64,000 bases of DNA from Squalus acanthias. Its lineage: Eukaryota. Under the pieces are notes generated by a model, which did not search any database, was not told the DNA's origin, and worked only from the letters and a program-made list of their open reading frames with translations. The position numbers were made by a program, and so were the translations under genes. The stretch lies in contig CM059438.1 of the NCBI GenBank assembly GCA_030390025.1, forward strand, positions 63,366,001 through 63,430,000, written 5' to 3'. Position 1 is the first letter of the stretch. Each line of letters starts with the position of its first letter. Shown here one piece after another: positions 59,863 to 64,000 of this stretch.

Positions 59863-61032
59863 ATGGGGGCTGTCCTGGCACGGGGCCTCGTCCTCCAGCT
59901 TCACCGTCGGAGGTAGCGGAGGCAGAGAGAGAGAGTGGAAAACATGGCCAGAGGCAGGAGGGCCAACAGGGCTCTGCACAGGAGGCCTTACCCTCCCAGG
60001 GTATTCCGGGAACAATTCTCATATATCCATCTCTCCAAGGAGCAGTGCATTAGAACGCTCCGCTTCAGCAAGGAGGTGGTCACTGAGCTCTGCCACCTCC
60101 TGCAGCCAGAGCTCCAGCCTCAGCTCAGGACCAGGACGCCTCTGTCGGTGGCAGTGAAGGTGACGGTGGCTCTCAATTTCTACGCCAGCGGCTCCTTCCA
60201 GGCTTCAACAGGGAATATTGCGAACATCTCCCAGTTCGCTGTTCATTGCTGTATCCGGGAGGTCACAAATGCTCTCTACAAAAGGAGAAGTCAGTACATC
60301 TCATTCCCCATGACCCGAGACAAAAAGCGTGAATGCGCATGTGGCTTCGCTAGGATAGCGGCCTTCCCCATGGTTCAGGGCGCATTGACTGCACGCACAT
60401 GGTATTGTGAGCACCTCATGAAAATGCAGAGGTTTGCCGCAACCGCAAAGGCTTCCACTCTCTCAACGTCCAGTTGGTTTGCAACCACAGACAGCGCATC
60501 CTCGCCGTCAATTGCCTGCTATCCTGGCAGCAGCCACGATGCATTCATCTTGTACCAGACTAGTATCCCAGACCTGTTCCAACCACCGCATCAACCTCGT
60601 GGCTGGCTCCTTGGGGACAAGGGTTATCCACTCTGCACCTGGCTGATGACACCGCTCCGTAACCCCAACACTCCTGCTGAGCTCCAATACAATGAGAGCC
60701 ATAGCGCCACTAGGAACCTCATTGAGCAGACGATCGGCATCTTGAAGCAACGGTTCCAGTGTCTTGACCACTCTGGAGGAGCCCTGCAGTACTCCTCCAA
60801 TCGAGTATCGGTTTTCATTGTTGTGTGCTGCATGCTGCACAACCTCGCCATTCTGAGGTCCCAGTCATTGCCACCAGGGATTGGTGCACCACCTCAGGAG
60901 GAGGAAGAGGGAGAGGAGGAGGCAGAGGAGGAGGATGAAGAGGAGGATGAGCAGCAACAACGTGGGAGGGAGGCGCTAAATGTTGCTTCTGCAAGGGCCG
61001 TTTGTGAACGCCTCATAAGACACCGCTTCTGA
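59863..61032 (+). pseudogene. Harbinger transposase, disrupted
   Basis: In-frame TAG at 59914-16; -1 and +1 frameshifts at ~60383 and ~60512 scramble the IDCTH..NVQ region. Confidence 0.9.
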
Positions 61033-61324
61033 TGAATGACAGGGATCAACAAGCACATCATTACAGCCATCCCGCAGCCCCGATTACCGGGCAAAGTTCC
61101 AATGAGTAACATGATGAAATTTGTAATGCTTCAATAAAAAATTTATTTTTCTGACTAACTGTGTCTTATCAAGCACAACCAATAACAAACAAACACAACA
61201 ATTCATTAACAAACAAAACTGGTTCTTACCACATCGAAATAAGTCTTAACAGAGTGAACAATATATTTACATACACATCCAACTTTGGGACAAACATTCC
61301 CCCCATTTGTTTCAGAATTTTTAG

Positions 61325-63226
61325 TTATTCGCCCTTTGAGAATGATCTCCCTCCCCTTCGCACTTCCCCCCTTCCCACCCTACTGCTCCTCCGTAATGTG
61401 GCCCCAGTGGCTGCAGCAAGGCTGGTGGAAGGCTGCTGAATGTTGGATCCAGAGACTGCAGATGGCCTTGCAGGACGCCCTCGACCAGCTCTGGGCCTGG
61501 AGGGCCCGGCTGCAGACTGCACCAACTCTGCATGGGCGGCAGCAGTCTGGGCTGGCTGGGTTACAGGCTGTGGAAAGTGCAATGGCGGAGTGGCAGTGGT
61601 GGGAGCAGGAATACTGTCATCCTGAGAGAGGACAGCACCTTCCTGCTTGACCGACACACTGCCACTCCCACGGGGCAGAACCTTAGCATCTGGGGCAATC
61701 TGCTGGAGCACAGATTGCTGGCCTGCTGCGGCACCGTCAGATCCCCGGTGGACAGTGGGCGACCCAGCGACGATGGCAGCAGCCAGCGCTTGTGTGGCAT
61801 CAATCTGAGACTGCATGAGAGCAGTCTGAGACTGGATGGCACCAACCAATGACTCGAATCCAGTACTAAGCCGTTGCGTTGCCTCGGCCTGTGCTGCAAT
61901 AGATCCTGCCACCTCACCCATTACACGCGGCATGGGGTCTGGGTCCCCACAGTCTCTCTGCAATTCAACCATCCTCTGCAACGAGGCAAGAATGGGTTCA
62001 AGGGTTTGCGCACAGATGACAGCTGTGCTGGTGGCGGACTCCTCCACGCTCCTAGCCAGTGCATCCATGCTCTCAGGCACCCTTGCCATTGCACCCATGA
62101 GCTCAGTGTGCATGCTCATTGTCTGAGTATTCATCGCCGCGATATCGAGGTCCTCATCCGAGTCCTGTACAGCAGAACTCGTGCGCATACTAACCCTCCG
62201 GGGAGATGGCCCCCGAGCTTAACCTTTCCCCATGGCGTTGCTGCAGACCGTTGGGTCCCAGAGCTTCATCCACATCAGATCCTAACCCCCTGTTCCCCTC
62301 CAGTGAACGCGTGGCCCCAGTATCGGATGTCTCGGTCTCGGGAGACGCAGGCGGTGAGGTGCCAGCTTCGTGTTCCTCCTCCTCTCCCGCGTCGCTGCCA
62401 CTGGGAGGCTGAGGGTCAGGCTGGTCAGCTGGTGGTTCACTATCTGAAAGCAGGAAGGTACAAGAGTAGCTTTAACGTGAGGGCAGGGGGGAAGGAAGGG
62501 AGCAAGAACTGGAGACAGTGTAGTTAGATGGAAAGTGGGAAAGGCTGGTGTTGTGAGGGGGAAGTGGTATGAGAGAGGAGAGAGAGATGATGAACATACC
62601 ATTGCTGTCCCCAAAGGGGTCGACCTCTCCAACTGCCACAGCACCCACAACATGACTTGCGATTAGTCTGTGAACTTGCTCCTCCAGCTGTGTGAGGTGG
62701 TGCAGCTCCGCCTGACCTCCTGCCGTGCGTTGTTGCTCCCTCCGGTTATGTGAAAGCTTTGCCTGCAAGAAAAAGGAATGCGTGTGAGTGAGTGCGCAGC
62801 CATGTGTTTGGCAGATGTGCCTACCATTGTTGAATAGCCGTTAATGTCTGCAAGATGTGAGATGTGGATGTGACTTTTAGTAGATGGGCATAGTTGTTGG
62901 GTGAGTGTTGGGGATTTGGGACGTTACACCGTCTGTGCACAGAGTAAGGTTGAGATTTAGAGGTATTCCATGCATCTACTCACCCTGACCACCCGAGTGA
63001 GGTCGTTGAACTTCTTGCGGCACTGGGTGTGAGTCCTTTGGACCAGGCTCCTGAATGAAACGTACTGGGTAACCTCCCTCCACACCTTTGTGAAATCCCG
63101 GGGCAACGGCCTCCTGCCAGTGTCTGGAAGCAGCACTGCCCATCGGCGTTCGTCAGCGCCAACCAGAGCCACCAATGCCTGGTCGCTAAACCAGCGAGCT
63201 CTCTCCCTGGGCCTCTGAGCAGCCAT
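61325..63226 (-). pseudogene. Harbinger Myb/SANT gene, 3 exons (63226-62984, 62762-62600, 62443-61325), frameshift in exon 3
   Basis: Same junctions as copy 1 (exon 2 is 163 nt in both); the exon 3 frame hits TAG near 62190, one base out of frame with the 287-aa ORF. Confidence 0.82.
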
Positions 63227-63879
63227 GATAATCGTTGTTGAAGATTTGCACCTCCTTGCAGGCCCAGGTCAAACGCAGCAATGAGCAGGGTGAGGCTGTG
63301 CAGCATGATGGGCCCTCCCCTTTAAGAACTGGAAGGCGCCAGTCTGTCTGAGTACAAGGTGATTGACAGCGCCTGAGCTTGAGTAGCGCTCTGAGGTAGC
63401 GCCCCCGTTCCCCCACGTTAGCGCCCTAAGAGAGGTGTGTAACACTTGATTGAGCGCTCCAATCACCTCCAGGGGCACTGGAGATGAATTTCCCGGTCGC
63501 CAACGATAATTTGCGCCGGGCGCTAAATTTTGCGCTCAGCCGATATAAGCACCTAAAATGAGCGATACCGAATTTTTCCTCCCTGAAGTCTGAATCCTTC
63601 TGATGAATGTAACCTGGTTAGTTTTTCATTCCATGGAGTCCCAGCTAATTGCTGTGATATGGAATCACATGATGGAAACAGGGTTACTGCAGCTGCAAAT
63701 GGATTATTCTGCTGGGACACTGCAGACCAAAATAATGCTCTCACGCAGCATGTAAACATGCTATTAATCAATTTTACCTTTTTAGGTGGATAAAGTGTGA
63801 TCTGCAGACTTCTAGCATTTGATGGGTTTTGATTATTTTTAACACCCAATCTAACTTCTCAAAAGCAGGAGAGAATTGC

Positions 63880-64000
63880 TGAAAAAAAGATTATCTGGGC
63901 ATTATCACATTGCTGTTTGTGGGAGCTTGCTGTGCGCAAATTGGCTGCCGTGTTTCCTACATTACAACAGTGTGACTACACTTCAAAAAGTACTTTATTG
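63880..64000 (+). mobile_element. Deu-domain SINE 3' fragment, cut by the window edge
   Basis: Matches 12005-12118. Confidence 0.8.

Larger units (their letters stand above)
59395..63583 (+). mobile_element. Full-length two-gene PIF/Harbinger DNA transposon (copy 2, diverged subfamily)
   Basis: Imperfect TIRs GTGGGAGAAATTCG / CGAATTTTTCCTCC; same gene layout as 36070-40224; TSD ambiguous. Confidence 0.92.

Overview
Repeat-dense vertebrate genomic DNA, very likely from a cartilaginous fish (shark/ray), judged from its Deu-domain SINEs, CR1/L2/RTE LINEs and Penelope families. No host gene can be named. One CpG-rich candidate first coding exon (1183-1397) is the only credible host-gene signal. 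Nearly all long ORFs are transposon-derived or come from low-complexity repeats. Main contents: two ~4.2 kb two-gene PIF/Harbinger transposons (DDE transposase plus a convergent 3-exon Myb/SANT gene) with about ten related non-autonomous elements; a near full-length CR1 with an esterase-type ORF1; a 1.23 kb perfect-hairpin-like Penelope insertion; five minimal hammerhead-ribozyme motifs from two Penelope families; a 1.46 kb solo LTR with a foamy-virus-like layout; two hAT MITEs; and a ~1 kb 23-bp G/C-skewed minisatellite. The most unusual signals are the palindromic ribozyme-bearing Penelope insertion, a MITE family whose internal hairpins covary between copies and which carries an NRF1-like motif plus three splice donors, and the long solo LTR. 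All alignments were done by eye, so boundaries of degenerate repeats are approximate.
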